From Paraspadella gotoi (taxonomy: Eukaryota > Animalia > Chaetognatha): DNA of 64,000 nucleotides. Positions 24,185 to 38,460 of the stretch are shown here, one piece after another. The notes beneath the pieces were generated by a model, which did not search any database, was not told the DNA's origin, and worked only from the letters and a program-made list of their open reading frames with translations. The translations under genes were made by a program, and so were the position numbers. Numbering within the stretch: the stretch's first letter is position 1; each line of letters begins with the position of its first letter. The stretch is from the NCBI GenBank assembly GCA_051294375.1, contig CM119267.1, positions 12,533,081 through 12,597,080 of the forward strand, written 5' to 3'.

Positions 24185-25561
24185 AGCCTTTGCTTTTCTT
24201 TTAAAATTCTGATAAAAAAAAGGGTGACGACTACGACTTTGACCACAATCAAAACCCTAAAATCCTCCGCCCACCCTTCGCTCTCCTCCCCCCTCGCCGC
24301 TCCCAAATTCCCTTACCCCCTCCTCCCTACAGGATAACGTTTCGCTTTTTTCCAGCTCGCTCGTTTCTTCGGATCCTTTGGCAAACTTTGTGGCCCGTGA
24401 AGAGGAAAAAAAGAGGAAAGAAGGAGAGAAGGAAGAAAAAAATGAGGGAAGAAAGAAAAAAAGAAACAAGTGGGAGGAACGAGTTTCGCCGCCATTTTAT
24501 TTCTTTCGTGACAAAAAAATGGTGGTAGACTTCGACCCGGGTTGCCAGCGAAAAAAAGGGGGGGACAGAGAGGGAGAGATAGAGAAGGAGAAGGGGGGAA
24601 GGAGAGACAATTTCGTCGTCGTCCTCGTCGTCGTCTTTGCCCAGGGATCTGCCCTTGTCGTTGAACGTTATTGTCTCGTTTTATTTTTTTTTCTTTTCCG
24701 GTTGCGACAAGAAAAAGGCAGATCCCGACTCTATAGACTATAATACACTTTATCGGTCCGTCGGTCCACCCCTTAAATCTTGACTGGCATTCACTTATAT
24801 CATGTCAGAACATCTAATTATAATAGTGGAGGACGGAATTTTTAGTAATAAGAATTCGAAACCAAAAAGAAAATGAACGTGAGTTTATTTTTAGTATAAC
24901 ATCGCGCGGGATTAAAATAACAATGCCTTTTATAAGAACTACTTTGTTATGAAAGTAGGAATGTGAAAAGGGAATGGAATTTTAGGCCGAGAAATATTAT
25001 TTACATTTTTGTAATTTCCAGAATTCTCTCTCTCAATCTTCACTCGGCCAAGCTACTAAAATTTCAAAGAACAAAATAATATTTCTTAAAACAATACTAT
25101 AAATTTACTCAGGGTCAAAAAATTATTTTTAGCCAAAATAACACTATAAAATTCATATGGTTATACTTTAAATGTATCAGTCAATGAATTCGCGAATATA
25201 TATAAGGGGAATTAATTTCAATTCTTATTTCAGACACTCTTTCAAAAAAAATTTCATAAGCTAACAATTTTTCAATCTAACAAAAGATATGTTTGCCATA
25301 CTCTTTCTTTTTACGGTAAGTCGATGACCTTTTGTCCGTCGGTCCGTCCGTCCGTCCGTCTCTCTGTCTGTTCGTCCGTCCGTCCATCCCACCTTAGCAA
25401 AAAACACCAATTACTCGTGATGGGATGGATGGATTAGAATAAAATTTTGTGTGTGGGTAGGAAAGTGTGTGATTGAGCTGGAAATTAAATTTTGATTTAA
25501 TCATCTGAGTGGAAATGAGTTTAAACTTTAAATGGAAAAAAATAAAAAAAATATATTTCAC

Positions 25562-25846
25562 TGTAGTCGGGCATTGCCTAGGTTCACCCCGCCTATAAGC
25601 ATAACACCTTCAGTCCTGACCCGGTGGCTCATCGAGTAAAGCCATCAGCTTATGTCCACTAGGTACCGGGTTCAATCCCAACCTGGTACCTACCCTGCGG
25701 GAAGTGTGAGGACGGTTGTAAGCCGCCTTGGGGGTGTGGCAAACCCTGAAGCCTGGTTCTAAGCCCAGGACCCGTTCCATAGCTACTAAAGGGGGTTATA
25801 GAAGTTACGGATAGTCATCTTCAGCCCACTTAGCGCCTTATCCACA
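25562..25846 (+). mobile_element. Divergent LTR-like unit with A/B boxes and twister motif
   Basis: TGT...ACA ends, GGTGGCTCATCGAG and GGGTTCAATCCC boxes, twister core at 25697-25775. TSD not clean (TCAC/TTAT), so the boundaries are uncertain. Confidence 0.6.
25697..25775 (+). ncRNA. Twister ribozyme motif, type P5
   Basis: GCGGG..GAGGA-CGGUUG-UAA-GCC-GCC-[P3]-GCCUGG-UUCUAAGC-CCAGG-A-CCCGU. Confidence 0.65.
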
Positions 25847-26282
25847 TTATTACTTGAACGCCAATTACTCATGAGTTTTGTATGTGGGTAGGAAAGTGTG
25901 TGATTAGGCTGGAAATTAAGTTTTGATGGAATCGTCTGAGTGAAAATGAGTTTAAATTGAAAAAAAAACAAAAAACCTGTTTAACTAATTGATTTTGCTT
26001 CTTTTTCTTTTTATATTAAATGTAAATGCAAGATGTATTAATTAATAATATAATTAATTAGCTAATTAGTCAATTAATTAATCAATAGTTAATTAATCAA
26101 TCAATAAGTCAATCAAGTAATTATTCAATCAATCAATTTATTTATCAATTAATTAATTATTCAATCAATCAATTTTTTTAACTATTTATTAATTAATCAA
26201 TCAACCAATCAATCAAGTCAATCGTTATCAGCATTATTGTCGTCGTCGTCATTGTCTTTGTCATTGCTTTTGTCCTGGTTAG

Positions 26283-26888
26283 TAAGTCAGGCCAAAATTT
26301 AACATTTTTTAAAATATGAAAAAGTCTGCAATAAAAGTCTTTTGTCCTTTTACAACCAAATTGACTTATGATTATAGATTTTGATTAAATATTTTTTCCT
26401 CATGCATGGAAGTATTTTAATATTTAACAATATATAAAAAATGCTTAAAAAATTTTTTAAAGAAATTTAAATTTTTAAAAATGGATTCTAATAAATATTA
26501 AAAAGTTATATAAAGGTTATTACTACAAATTTCAAAAAATTAAATGATAAATGGGCTAAAATTTAAAAAACCTTAAAAAATCATCATCATCATCATCATT
26601 CATTAAATTTTATAGTTTTTGTTAATTTTCATAGATAATCATTAAAATTTCAAAAAGTTGTATTAATAACCTTCATCTCACTTTTCAAGCTCTATCAGAA
26701 TCCGTTAAAAAAAATTAAATTTATTAAAATTTTTTTTTACATTATATAGTATTCGGATAATATAACAAAGCTTCCATGCGTTTAACTATAAGATAAATCT
26801 TAATTTTTTTTTATTTTCACGATCTTTAATAAACACATTAACAATATTTATATCGGACTTCTGTTAGTTTGTAACCTGTTCCGCCTTA
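26283..26888. mobile_element. MITE related to 7870-8595
   Basis: TAAG...CTTA ends, exact 8-bp TSD CTGGTTAG, shared internal (ATC)n and ACGGATTC/GAATCCGT inverted motifs. Confidence 0.75.
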
Positions 26889-28035
26889 CTGGTTAGTGAC
26901 GAAATTATTTAAAAACAAACATTTTGGATCATATTAATTAATTAATTAATAAATTGACTAAATAATTTAATTTAATTTATTTAATTAATTAAATAAAATT
27001 AATTAATTTGATCCGAAGTGTTTGTTTTTCGGTAATTTCGTCACTAACAAGGACAATGATCGCTCATGATCGCGGGCAGATCCGACATTGTTTGCTCAAA
27101 CTTGTTTTTTAAAAGCTTAAAACTGATTTTATGTAAAACGGGTTACGTCGCGGAGTAAAAATACTCGAGCCATGTCGTGAAATGCCTACTGTTTACTTTT
27201 ACGTGAGTGAAACTTGTTTAAAAAAAAAGGAATTTTAACGATTGAAGGAGTCGAACGTTTAACGCGTCAACAACTTCTTTCCTTTTATTTATGAATCCTT
27301 GAATCCGGGAAAAAGGTCAAATCCTGACCTTTGCTCTTTGCACACCCGATGCTATAAATAAATCGAGCAAATTTCTGACGATGACCTTGTCTAGAAATAA
27401 GGTACATTAATATTACATTATTGCAAAGAGGTTTTAACAGTTTGCTGAAGAGCGGGAGAAAATTTGATGGCCAGGTAAAAATTTAATTTGATAAACAAAT
27501 ATGAATACTTTTTATGACAGCTCCTAGCATGTAAATTAAATTCTACTGAAGTTTAATTTGTGTTTTGTCAAAAGCCCTACTTCCCCCTTCCCCACGATTT
27601 CCTCGATTCGATATTCACCGTCCAATCTCATTTCTCGAGGCGCGAATCAATTGAACTGACCAAAGTCCAAGAGTTATGGGAATTCGTTGCTTAAATAAAA
27701 AAGTACCCTTCGGCGAGGGAGGGACAAAGCAAAACCAATTTGGACGGCCGTCGTCGTCGTTGTTGTCAGTTTTTCAATTGATTGCTCAATGTGCAATGGA
27801 GATGCGATGTAGATTTTTTCCTACAAACGAATGCTGAGGACGACAAATTTGACGGAAAAAAAATTGTCGCGGTTTGGAAAAGTCAGTTAATTTTATTGTC
27901 AAAAATATTTTTTGGCTAATAAATAAGTTTTAATAGGTAATATGACCTCCCTAGCATAAAATTATTTAATGCATACAAATACTTCCAAAAGAGGTTGTCT
28001 CTAACTGCTTTCACCTCTTTTTAATTAAGAGGACT

Positions 28036-28300
28036 ACTGAAGAGGCTGGTTTTACAGGGCGCCACACCCGCAGCGGTGTCACCTCGTGGCGACAGCGAGA
28101 CAGCATGTTCATGTAGTCCAGAGCTTTGGATCTGGCAGTAGGCCCATGCCTACAGGCGGGTTACCCGGTCCATCCCACTTTCTACATGACAACCTCAGGG
28201 CTCGAACCAGGGAGGCACATTAGTCAACTGAGCCACTGAGGCGCTGCGAAAGAATCAGCTTTAATACATCTGTGGTGATAGGACCACCAGACTACTCACA
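28036..28300 (-). mobile_element. Divergent LTR-like unit with A/B boxes and twister motif
   Basis: Minus strand starts TGTGAG, with AGTGGCTCAGTTGA and GGTTCGAGCCC boxes, then a twister core at 28189-28109. Left boundary approximate. An internally deleted relative lies at 18311-18376. Confidence 0.65.
28109..28189 (-). ncRNA. Twister ribozyme motif, type P5 (well preserved)
   Basis: Minus strand UCAUGUAG..GGG-AUGG-ACCGGG-UAA-CCC-GCC-[GUAGGC/GCCUAC]-GCCAGA-UCCAAAGC-UCUGG-A-CUACAUGA; T1 UGG/CCA, T2 GC/GC. Confidence 0.8.
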
Positions 28301-28464
28301 TTATTGTTAATATTATATCTCTGACAAGATATTTTTTATCAGATTTGGGGCAAAAAATGGTCCTTGGCAAGCAGTGAAAAAGATTGATCCTCTATAAAGT
28401 AAACTAGGTTTGAGTTGTTGCTGCATAATGTAATAATTTATTGTCTTTCACTACAACAAAATCT

Positions 28465-29069
28465 TCGAGCACCTTAATTCCGTTTTCCTCATGCCATTTT
28501 TGGGGGATTTTCGCTTTGTGTCCAGGAGCTCCATCCTCCATGAGGTTATCATCGCATCAATATTTGGTTACCATCGAAAGCTGGCTCGATCCTTATGCTT
28601 TTAAGATTTTTTTCAACTGGTTTTCAGAAGCCTTACGGTCTTATATTGCGAAACTTTCCAGGTCTTCGTCCTCACTCTTCGTGGACATGCAAGGTCGCCC
28701 GCTTCCAACAGCTCTTCAAGGTCTTCAGTTGCTTCAAATTTCTTGACAACTCTGCAGATGGCGGTTGGAGAAAAATTTAACTGATTGGCGATCCTATATT
28801 TTGACAAACCCGCCTTCTGAAGTTTAACAATTGCTTGGGGGTTAGCTGTTTTGAAGTTTCCATCGTAAAAAAATACGAAAAAACAAAAATGGAAAAATGT
28901 AAAATTTAAGACAAAATTTCGATCCTTTTTTTTATTTTAGCACAATGTAGCCTAGAAACCTCGTCATGGGCTCAAAGGAAAGATATTTGTCTTGGCTTTA
29001 AAATGACCAAGTTCTAATTTATAGGACGGCAGACAAGCGAGATAGTTTAAACTTTTGAGCAGATCTGTA
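28465..29069 (-). mobile_element. Degenerate, internally deleted Tc1/mariner transposon
   Basis: HTH-like GLSKYRIANQLNFSPTAICRVVKKFEAT, catalytic-region fragment MEDGAPGHKAKIPQKWHEENGIKVL, and terminus TA|CAGATCTGCTCAAAAGTTT at 29069. Confidence 0.8.
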
Positions 29070-30594
29070 CTAGGGCGGATCATATGCATATATAATTTTT
29101 TCAAAATATGTTGCCTGTCGGCGATTCCTTTACCTAATGTAGTTTTATTTGATTTGACAACAAAAATTTTCCAAAAAATATTCAGGATCTACTGCAGATT
29201 TTACAATTTTTAAAAGAATCTTTAATTGCGATCTGTAATTGGTGGAAATTGGTCACGTGACCATTGAATTTTAGTTTTCGTTTTACCTAATAAAAAGTTG
29301 TTTCTCAGTTAAGCAATAGAAATTATACGTATTTAAAGCAATACATTAATATTTGAACAATATCAAAGAGAGAATGAGCGAGTGAAAGAAATAAATAAAG
29401 TCCCTGACCATAACAAAAGTTGTACGGACATACAATCGATTTCTTTCACTCTTTCTTTCTCTGTCTCTCTCTCTTTTTCTCTCTCTCTCTTTTGAAGAAT
29501 TATTCAAGCGTCCCCCATCAAGAAGCGAGTCGATGAGTTTCAAAACGTATGTTTAATGAGAGAAAACAGTAAAAAACCGGGTTTAGAAACTCGTAAAAAT
29601 AAATTTCTGACTGACGATCGTGACTCGGTCATAAAAACGAATAAACCGTTTCTTGGTAAAACATCGATTCAACCTCAGGATAAAAGTTTTATAAATAAAA
29701 TCTTCCCAGATCTGTACTAAAATTTTGAAAAAGTGGAATTTCTAGGCAGAGTGAATCAATACAATTTTGGTGCCAATTTATATAGTGCCATCGGATCGGA
29801 GGTAAGGGCAGAAATCCTTGGCGGATGGAAGCCCATCCGATCATTGGCTGGTGCCATTTGTCTCCTGGCCAATGAGAGAGTTCCATTCTGCTTCCGGCGG
29901 ATTTTACTCGAGTCGTCGATCTGATTTTGTTTGAGTTTGATTCCTCTGCGAAGACATTAATTTTTTCAACTGAGCAGAAATAAGAACTCGTAAATTATCA
30001 AGGGAATTTACCTTTTTTTGTGAAGGACGATGAAGTTGTCTTCGTCATCGCCATCCACATTGCATAATCCGGACTTTTCCGGAAGCTTTGTTTCGTAGTT
30101 TTTACTGTAGAAAATGTTTATCATTTTCTAATTTCTATGCCATGAGGTTCGGGCGTTTGGTTCGTTGGCCGTAGGTTAAAATGGCTTTAACATGTACAGG
30201 AATTTATAATCTTTAAATGACATAACAATGTCTAAATAAATGACGAATAAATCGTGAATAAGTTTATTTATTGTAAAGAATAAATAAATAAATAAATAAA
30301 TTGGTGTAAAAAATCCTTGGATTCTGTAAAAACTACGGTTCTATATGTCCGATCTTTTCCAGAGAAACAATTATGATCGAATAACAAGTGACGAGGTTTT
30401 CGGCTAAAGAATTGAAGAAGATTCCTTGGGGGGTTTCTCAGTTTCAGATGAGAACGTTGTTTGAGCAGTGCTTAATCTCGACTTAATATTAACTCAATCC
30501 ATATATCAAAAGATAAAAATAGAATAATAACTTTATTAAGTATTCAATATCCAATAATCATTGAAAGACGTGCATCAGAATGACAGAGAGCCAA

Positions 30595-30735
30595 AATGCA
30601 GCAGCAGCAGTAGAACTGATACGCAGCAACAGTAGCAGTAGAACCAAGATGCAGCAACAGAGCCGAGACGCAGCAACAGTAGCAGCAGAGCCGAGACGCA
30701 GCAACAGTAGCAGTAGAACCAAGATGTAGCAACAG
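30595..30735. repeat. Short tandem repeat (GCAGCAACAGTAGCAGTAGAACCAAGAT-like)
   Basis: About 5 degenerate copies. Confidence 0.8.
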
Positions 30736-31105
30736 AAAAAAAATGACCAGGGAAAAATGACCAGACGCGAGGTTACAAAATCTTACAGTTTGTTTATTTA
30801 TATCCTTTCCAAAAAATATAAATTTTAAGACTTACTAACTTTATAAACAAATAAATATTACTGTTGAGATAAAATGGTGCAGATTTTAATTTATTTGCCA
30901 ATATTTCAATTTATATTGAGAAGTCATTTGTCCTTTAATCTCATTTGCATATTATAGTGCGGTAAAATTTTAAAACATAAATATTCAATAATGCACTTTA
31001 CATTTAAATAAAAATAACTTTATTTAAGTACATGGTCGGAAAGTACATGAATCACAGACAGGCAAGGCCTAACTCTGAACTCGATCCGGCCTAATCTGTA
31101 CACAT

Positions 31106-31774
31106 TAAGGCGTAGTGAAAGTTACATGGATAATTTTTATATTGGTTGTACCAATTTCATATGAAAATTCGTAAAAGTCAATTATGAACAACATACTACC
31201 ATCAGTGAACATAAATGTTGTAAAAAAAAAAATTAAATTTTTATGTTTTTTTAATTTTTCGCAGTAGGCTATCATTTATATAATGTATCTAACACTTATA
31301 AATCGAAATTTTCAAAATAGGCTTTCTTAATTTTGATTGCATGATAATCGAATTCCTCGTAAGAAGTTGATAAACGAAATATAAGTCATTTTAAAAAATT
31401 CTTTACATTAAGTGGGTTAAAAATTAAAAAAACTATATTTAATATGGAAAAGTTAATTTTCAGGCTTAAAATATAGCTTTTTCATCATTTTTGACGCCAC
31501 TTAATGAAGGAATTTTTCAAAAAGAAGTTATATTTCTTCTTATCAACTTTTTATGACGAATCCAAATCTGCAAAAAAAATCTTACAGAAAAACTGTTTTA
31601 AAATTTTAACATTTATTGGTTTAGTACTAGTAATAAATATGGCCTACTGCAATAAATTGTAAAATTTGTTATAATTTTTTTATTACATAAATGTTCATTA
31701 ATATAAGTTGTTCGTTCCTCTCACTTTTAGAATTTTAATTAAAGTTTTAAATTTAGAAAATTTACTACACCTTA
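31106..31774. mobile_element. Foldback MITE; related copy at about 53815-54425
   Basis: TAAGGCGTAGT...ACTACACCTTA termini, internal inverted GCAGTAGGC/GCCTACTGC, partial TSD GTACA. Confidence 0.65.
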
Positions 31775-32435
31775 GTACAAGCATACGTCTTTAATTTACT
31801 TGCGTGCGAGTATGAAACTGTAAAAGACGTGTAATATTCGACACGCGCTTGGCGACTCGTACTGCTCTTTCATGCGTTGACCCCCGCCGTCGCGTCGGCG
31901 TCGGCGTCGCACTCTTGAAAAGAAGATGAAAAAGATTTTTACGATTATCGCTTGCCAGCCTTCGGCGGCGCGGGCGACGCGATCCGACGACGCGGCCGGT
32001 CGACGCGACCCCCTGTGGTCGCTGCCTTATAGCCTCCTCCGACGAACTGCAAGCACAAACTTAAAAAAATTGGCGCCAAAAAACTAGAAAAACCGTGGCA
32101 GGACTTGATCATATGAAATATTAAATATTAAATATCAAATCTGTCTCACAAGCTTTCAATCAAGACTATGTCACAGTCCAGTTTATTTTCAAAGAAATAA
32201 AGCAATAATGATTGTAAATTTGTTGAATTTTTTTCAGTTTTTCATACCAGAGTTAAATTTTTGTTAAGAATTATGAGCTGTGCGCTTCAAAGACTTCTTT
32301 CTTCCTCTCTGCAGCAAAGATACTAAAGTTATTTTTAGGATGGAAGATATGATTTATATAAGTTGACCTCAGGGTAGCCATAGCCGATGAATTTTAAGTG
32401 CTAATGTATACAGCGTTAAAAAAATCTATCATAAG

Positions 32436-33556
32436 TAGAGTTCCGATAACCGTTCATTTTTTAGGAAATTCGCTTAACCATTAAAACTAACATTTTTAAC
32501 GGTTAACCGTTAAGATCGGTTAATTTTATAATTTAACTTTAAATTTAAATTATTAAGATTTAAAACAAACTAAGGTATTTAATGGTATTTTCTCTTTAAC
32601 TCTGGCTCCTGAATGCGCTGAAGAAGACTCGAAACAGAGTCAAAAAATGTCTGTTTTTTATGTCAAATAAAATTGTTGTAGCAAAACAAATATTTTTGCT
32701 AATCTCATAATACAACGAAACGAAAGCATACCATCAAATTCTAATTCTAGTATATTTTGTTTTCTCTTCTCTCTTTTGCTTTCTCTACTTCTCTTCCTCA
32801 TTATTTTTGTAGTTGTTAGTTTCTTGAACGCTCGATTTCTGTTGTTAATCTTTCATAAACCATGACCAATGGTCAATTTGGTCACTCTATGACCTATAAA
32901 CTATAAATATGATTTAATTTATATATAGACTGGTTGATTTATCGATTGAATTAAAAATTATTGATTAGTAAATATATTTTTTCAGATTATTTTTTATTTG
33001 GTTTTTTTATTAATTTTTTTCATTCATTCGGTTTTATTTCATTTGCTTTTTTGTTCATTTTAAAGGGGGAAAAAAGAGAGAAAAAGTAAAATAAGAAGGA
33101 TTATTTATTTTTAGCTAAATTGAATATATATTATTGCATGAAAGGACGAAAAAAAGGAAAAAGGTAAAATAAAAGGGAGAGAAAAGAAAGGGGGGGAAAA
33201 AAAGAGGAAAAGTGAGAAAGAAAAAGAAAGAAACAGGAGATAAATAAAGGGGAAGAAAGAATAAGAGAGAGATTAGGATAGAAATAAAAGAAGAAAATAA
33301 CAAAGGAAAAAAACAGGGAAAAAGTGGAGAGGAGAGAGAGGAGTAAAAATATGGTGAGAAGGGGATAGGAGAATAAGAGAGGATAGGAAAACAATATATT
33401 TTTTTTAAATTTAAAGATTTCATACAAAAAAAAAGAAAAAAAAATCACATTTGAAAATCAACCGAATTTAACCGAAAAATAAATATATTAACGGTTAAGT
33501 TAAAATTATTTTTAACCGTTAATAACCGTTAACAGTTAACGGTTATCGGAACACTA
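32436..33556 (+). mobile_element. Non-autonomous hAT-like DNA transposon (about 1.12 kb)
   Basis: TIRs TAGAGTTCCGATAACCGTT / AACGGTTATCGGAACACTA, exact 8-bp TSD ATCATAAG, subterminal AACCGTT/AACGGTT repeats; contains a decayed PLE hammerhead at 32615-32655. Confidence 0.9.
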
Positions 33557-35219
33557 ATCATAAGCAATTAAGCAAAAAAATTTTAAACATTATAATCTAT
33601 GCTTAATAAGCATAGATTATAATGTTAAAAATTTTTTGTTTCAAAAATGCTTTTTTCTGAGGGTAAAAAAAATTTTGGGCCTTCCCTATCTATAAAAATA
33701 TATTTAAAAATTAATTACTATATGAAAATTTTTTGTCGATTTAAAGTATACTTAAAAATGTCTAAATTTTCGTTAGAGCATGTACTCACTCTATATTTTT
33801 GACTATTTGATTAATTAATACATCTTGCATTTACATTTAATATAAAAGGAAAAAGAAGCAAAATCAATGAGTGAAACAGGTTTTTTCGTTTTTTCCATTT
33901 AAACTCATTTCCACTCAAACGATTCAATTGATTTCCAGCTTAATCACACACTTTCCTACCCACGCCGCACAAAATTTTAATGAAATAGATTTTTTTGTTT
34001 TTTCCATTTAAACTCATTTCGACTCACACGATTTCAACGAAACTTCATATCAAGCTCAATCACACACTTCCCTTCCCACTCACAAAATTTAATTCCAATC
34101 CAGCCCTCTAATTACGAGCAATTGAAGTTTTTTGCTAAGGTGGAACGGACGGACAGACGGGCAGACGGACGGACGGACGGACGGACGGACGGACGGACGG
34201 ACGGAAGGACATCGTTTTTTTTTTTTTTTGATAATTTATAAAAATTCGATGTTATGACATGATACAAGTGAATGCCCGACAAGATTGAGGGGGCGGACTA
34301 ACGGACCGACAAAGTGGATTAAAGACTTGGGATCTGCTAATAAGCAGATCCGACTAAAAACCAGAATCATGCCTCTCAAAAATTGGATTAACAATAATGA
34401 TGTAAGAAAAAATTCGGAAGCTCGAAAAAACAGGAATATTTTTTCAAGTTCTTTTCTTCTCATTTCTTCTACGCATCATCGGATGCATAAGAATCTCCTG
34501 CATCACTCGCCCCCTTCCCCCCTCCTCGCGGCATCTTATAAAAGATGAACGAGTCATCGACGCTGAGGCCAACTCGCGACGTTTCTCACCGAAGTGAACG
34601 AGCAAGGCCGAATACTGTAGTTTTGGATACTGTGTCGCTGCAGAGCCACGGATGCGTCAACACGGTCATCCGGTCGTTTCAGGCGACGCCCCGGATGTAA
34701 CCGGGGCCAACTTTGACGCTTGACAATCGTTTTCGACGAATTCTTTCGTCACTATTTCCACACTGTGACGTTTTTGGTGGGAGTCCGCTCCGATTTTTTT
34801 TTGCATCTTTGACACCCAAAGTCTGGAGTAAGAACTTATTATCTATCTTGAAATCTTTCACAATTCATTGCGACTCGCAATTAATGCGTCTTAATCACCG
34901 ACATAATAGTTAATTGTGGTCGAGATGGCGGCGAAGAAAAATCAACAAGCCTCGCCTTTTTCATAATGGAGATCCACCAAGGATCCGACACTCCCTTTTG
35001 CCGCCTCGAACGAATTACTGTCACTCCGACGACACAGCGACGCAGCTCGTTGCTTCGTCAAACCGACCGCAGAGTTTTTACGAGAATCACAAACGCGGTG
35101 ATAACCGGAGATTTACACTCAACTCTGAGTAAACAGAAAAAAATTTTCGTACGGAGGATTCCAAAAACGAGAGANNNNNNNNNNNNNNNNNNNNNNNNNC
35201 GTACCGGAGGTTCAAAACC

Positions 35220-35225
35220 CGAGAT

Positions 35226-35261
<36 letters not shown>

Positions 35262-35629
35262 AAGAGAGAGGAGAGAGAGAGAGATGGGGCGGAAAACGCT
35301 GAGGGAAGGATATGTTTGAAGGAGAGAGAGAGAAGAGAGAGAGACTGGCGCCCGGAAAGTCCCCCCGTGAGTCACTCGAGAACAAGATATGGTTTGAAGG
35401 GGAAGCAGAGAGAAGAAGAGGAGTACCGAGATCAGAGAGAGATTGGGGCAGGAAGCGAGGCTGTAAGGATATGGTTTGAGGAAAGAGAGGAGAGAGAGAG
35501 AGAGAGAATGGGCGGAAGCGCATGAGTAATGGATATTTGGTTTGATTAGGACGAGAGAGAGAGAGAAGAGAGAGAAGATGCGAGAGAGAGAGGATGGGGA
35601 GAAGCCGCCGACGGGCAAGATATGGTGGA

Positions 35630-35660
<31 letters not shown>

Positions 35661-35718
35661 GATGGATGGCAGGGAAGCTGAGGGGAAGGATTGGCTTTGA
35701 AGGGAGAGAGAGAGAGAG

Positions 35719-35751
<33 letters not shown>

Positions 35752-36049
35752 TGAGGCAGGAAGCGAGTTGGGAAAGATATGGTTTGAAGGAGAGAGAGAG
35801 AGAGGAGAGTAGACGGAGAGAGAGAAGAAGAGATGGGGCAGGAAGCGAGGGAAGATATCGTTTTCTTTGGACAGGAGACGAGAGATAGAGAGATCTGAGA
35901 GGAGAGAGACTGAATGAGAGAGGGAGAGAGATGGGGAGGGAAGCCGAGGTGAAGGATATGGTTTGAAGGGAGAGAGAGAGAGAGATGAGAGAGGACGACG
36001 AGAGAGGAGAGAGGAGATGAGCAGGAAGCGAGGGAAGGATATGGGTTGA

Positions 36050-36092
<43 letters not shown>

Positions 36093-36901
36093 GGCAGGGA
36101 AGACGGGAAGGATATGTTCTGAAGGAGAGAGGAGAGCAGTGAGAGGAGAGAGAGAGGAGAGAGAGAGAGAGAGAGATGGCGGCAGGAGCGATTTGAAGGA
36201 TTTGTTTGAAGGACGACATGAGAAGAAGAGGAAGAGAAGAAGATGCGAGAGAGAGGAGAGAGAGATGGCCGGTGGAAGCGAGGGTACGGTTATGGTTTGA
36301 AGGGAGAGAAATAGCCCAAAATCCAATTAGTGCCAAACGATTAACTCTCGCGGCCCAATGGCAGTTGTACGTCGTCGCTGTAATGGACCCGATGTTGTTT
36401 CTAAGGACATATAAGAAAGGATATAATAGACAAGAAGAAAGACAGAATAAGGATATCAAGAAAAGAATTAAAGCAAGACAAGAACGTACACGGAAAGAAC
36501 GAACAAAAGATACAACGATAAACGAAGACGATACGAACGAGCCGGAAACGAACGAAACGAACGTAACGCACACGAACGAACGTACACGACACGAACGCTA
36601 TCGAAACTGCTACACCTTCTTTTCAGCCCAGAGTGCAACGAGTGAAGCCACAGTGCGAGAGCTCATGAACGACCTACTCGAGAGACGCTGACGTTCTCGC
36701 CAGTATGAGTTCAAAGAAACACACTGCCAATTTTAGAATCGTTTCGTCATTCTGTCTAATTTCCGCTTTGTCTCCTCCGATTTTCTCATCTTGTACCTAT
36801 GTCCTCCTCCCTACCCTCCCTCCCCTCCTCCTACATTCCTACCTCCATATATAATCTTTGTGACACCTGAGTGGATGGTCATACGAGTTTCCCGCGACCG
36901 T

Positions 36902-36939
<38 letters not shown>

Positions 36940-36969
36940 GGCAGGAAGCGAGGGAAGGATATGGTTTGA

Positions 36970-37004
<35 letters not shown>

Positions 37005-37650
37005 NNNNNNNNNNNNNNNNNNNNNNNNNNNNNNNNNNNNNNNNNNNNNNNNNNNNNNNNNNNNNNNNNNNNNNNNNNNNNNNNNNNNNNNNNNNNNNNN
37101 NNNNNNNNNNNNNNNNNNNNNNNNNNNNNNNNNNNNNNNNNNNNNNNNNNNNNNNNNNNNNNNNNNNNNNNNNNNNNNNNNNNNNNNNNNNNNNNNNNNN
37201 NNNNNNNNNNNNNNNNNNNNNNNNNNNNNNNNNNNNNNNNGGAAGCGAGGGACGGATATGGTTTGAAGGAGAGAAGCCAAAATCCAATTAGTGCCAAAAT
37301 TACTCGTCGCCAATGGAGTTGTCGTCGTCGCTGGAATGACCCGATGTTGTTTCTAAGGGAAAGAAAGAAAGAAAGAAAGAAAGAAAGNNNNNNNNNNNNN
37401 NNNNNNNNNNNNCTGATGGCGGCAGGAAGCGAGGAAGGATATGGTTTGAAAAGGAGAGAGAGAGAGAGAGAGAGAGATGGGGCAGGAAGCGAGAGGAAGG
37501 ATATGGTTGAAGGAGAGAGAGAGAGAGGGAGGAGAGAGAGAGAGATGGGGGCAGGAAGCGAGGGAAGGATATGGTTTGAAGGAAAGAGAGAGAGAGCGAG
37601 AGAGAGAGAGAGAATGGAGCATAGGGAAGCGAGGAAGGATATGGTTTGAA

Positions 37651-37693
<43 letters not shown>

Positions 37694-37812
37694 AGAGAGG
37701 AGAGAGAGATGGGGAGAAGCGAGGGGAAGGATATGGTTTGAAGGAGAGAGAGAAGAGGAGAGAGAGAAAGAGAGATGGGGCAGGAAGCGAGGGAAGGATA
37801 TGGTTTTGAAGG

Positions 37813-37852
<40 letters not shown>

Positions 37853-37978
37853 GGGCAGGAAGCCGAGGGAGGATATTGGTTTTGAAGGAGGAGCAGGAGA
37901 AGGGAGGAGGAGAGAGAGAGAAGAGGAGAGAGAGAGAGATGGGGCAGGAAGCACGTGGAAAGGATATGGTTTGAAAAG

Positions 37979-38012
<34 letters not shown>

Positions 38013-38068
38013 GATGAGACGAGAGATGGGCAGGAGCGAGGGGAAGGATATGGTTTGAAGGGGAGAGA

Positions 38069-38106
<38 letters not shown>

Positions 38107-38377
38107 TGGGGCAGGAAGCAGCATGGGAAGGATATGGGTTGAGAGAAGAGAGAGGGAGGAGAGAGAAAAGAGAGGAGAGAGACCGGAGAGGAGAGAGGTA
38201 GAGAGAGAGAGAAGAGAGAGATGGAGGGCAGGAGGAAGGGAGCAGGGAAGGATATGGTTTGAAGGAGAGAGAGAGAGAGAGAGAGAGACGAGAGAGAGAG
38301 AGAGAGAGATGGGCAGGAAGCGAGGGAAGGATATGGTTTGAAAGGAGAGAAGAGAGAGAGAGAGAGAAGAGAGAGAC

Positions 38378-38417
<40 letters not shown>

Positions 38418-38460
38418 GGTAGGCAGCGAGGGACGGATATGGTTGAGGAGAGAAGCCAAA
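35220..38460. repeat. Minisatellite GATGGGGCAGGAAGCGAGGGAAGGATATGGTTTGAAG(GA)n, interrupted by gaps and duplicated flank
   Basis: Dozens of noisy copies of a roughly 37-bp core separated by (GA)n. Confidence 0.9.

Larger units (their letters stand above)
25300..26045 (+). mobile_element. Dispersed (GTCY)n-containing repeat, Helentron/DINE-1-like (HINE)
   Basis: (TCCG)n microsatellite followed by a conserved block. Related pieces at about 15795-15990, 18505-18605, 24705-24810, 33810-34345 (minus), 42378-42530 and 63800-64000. Confidence 0.6.
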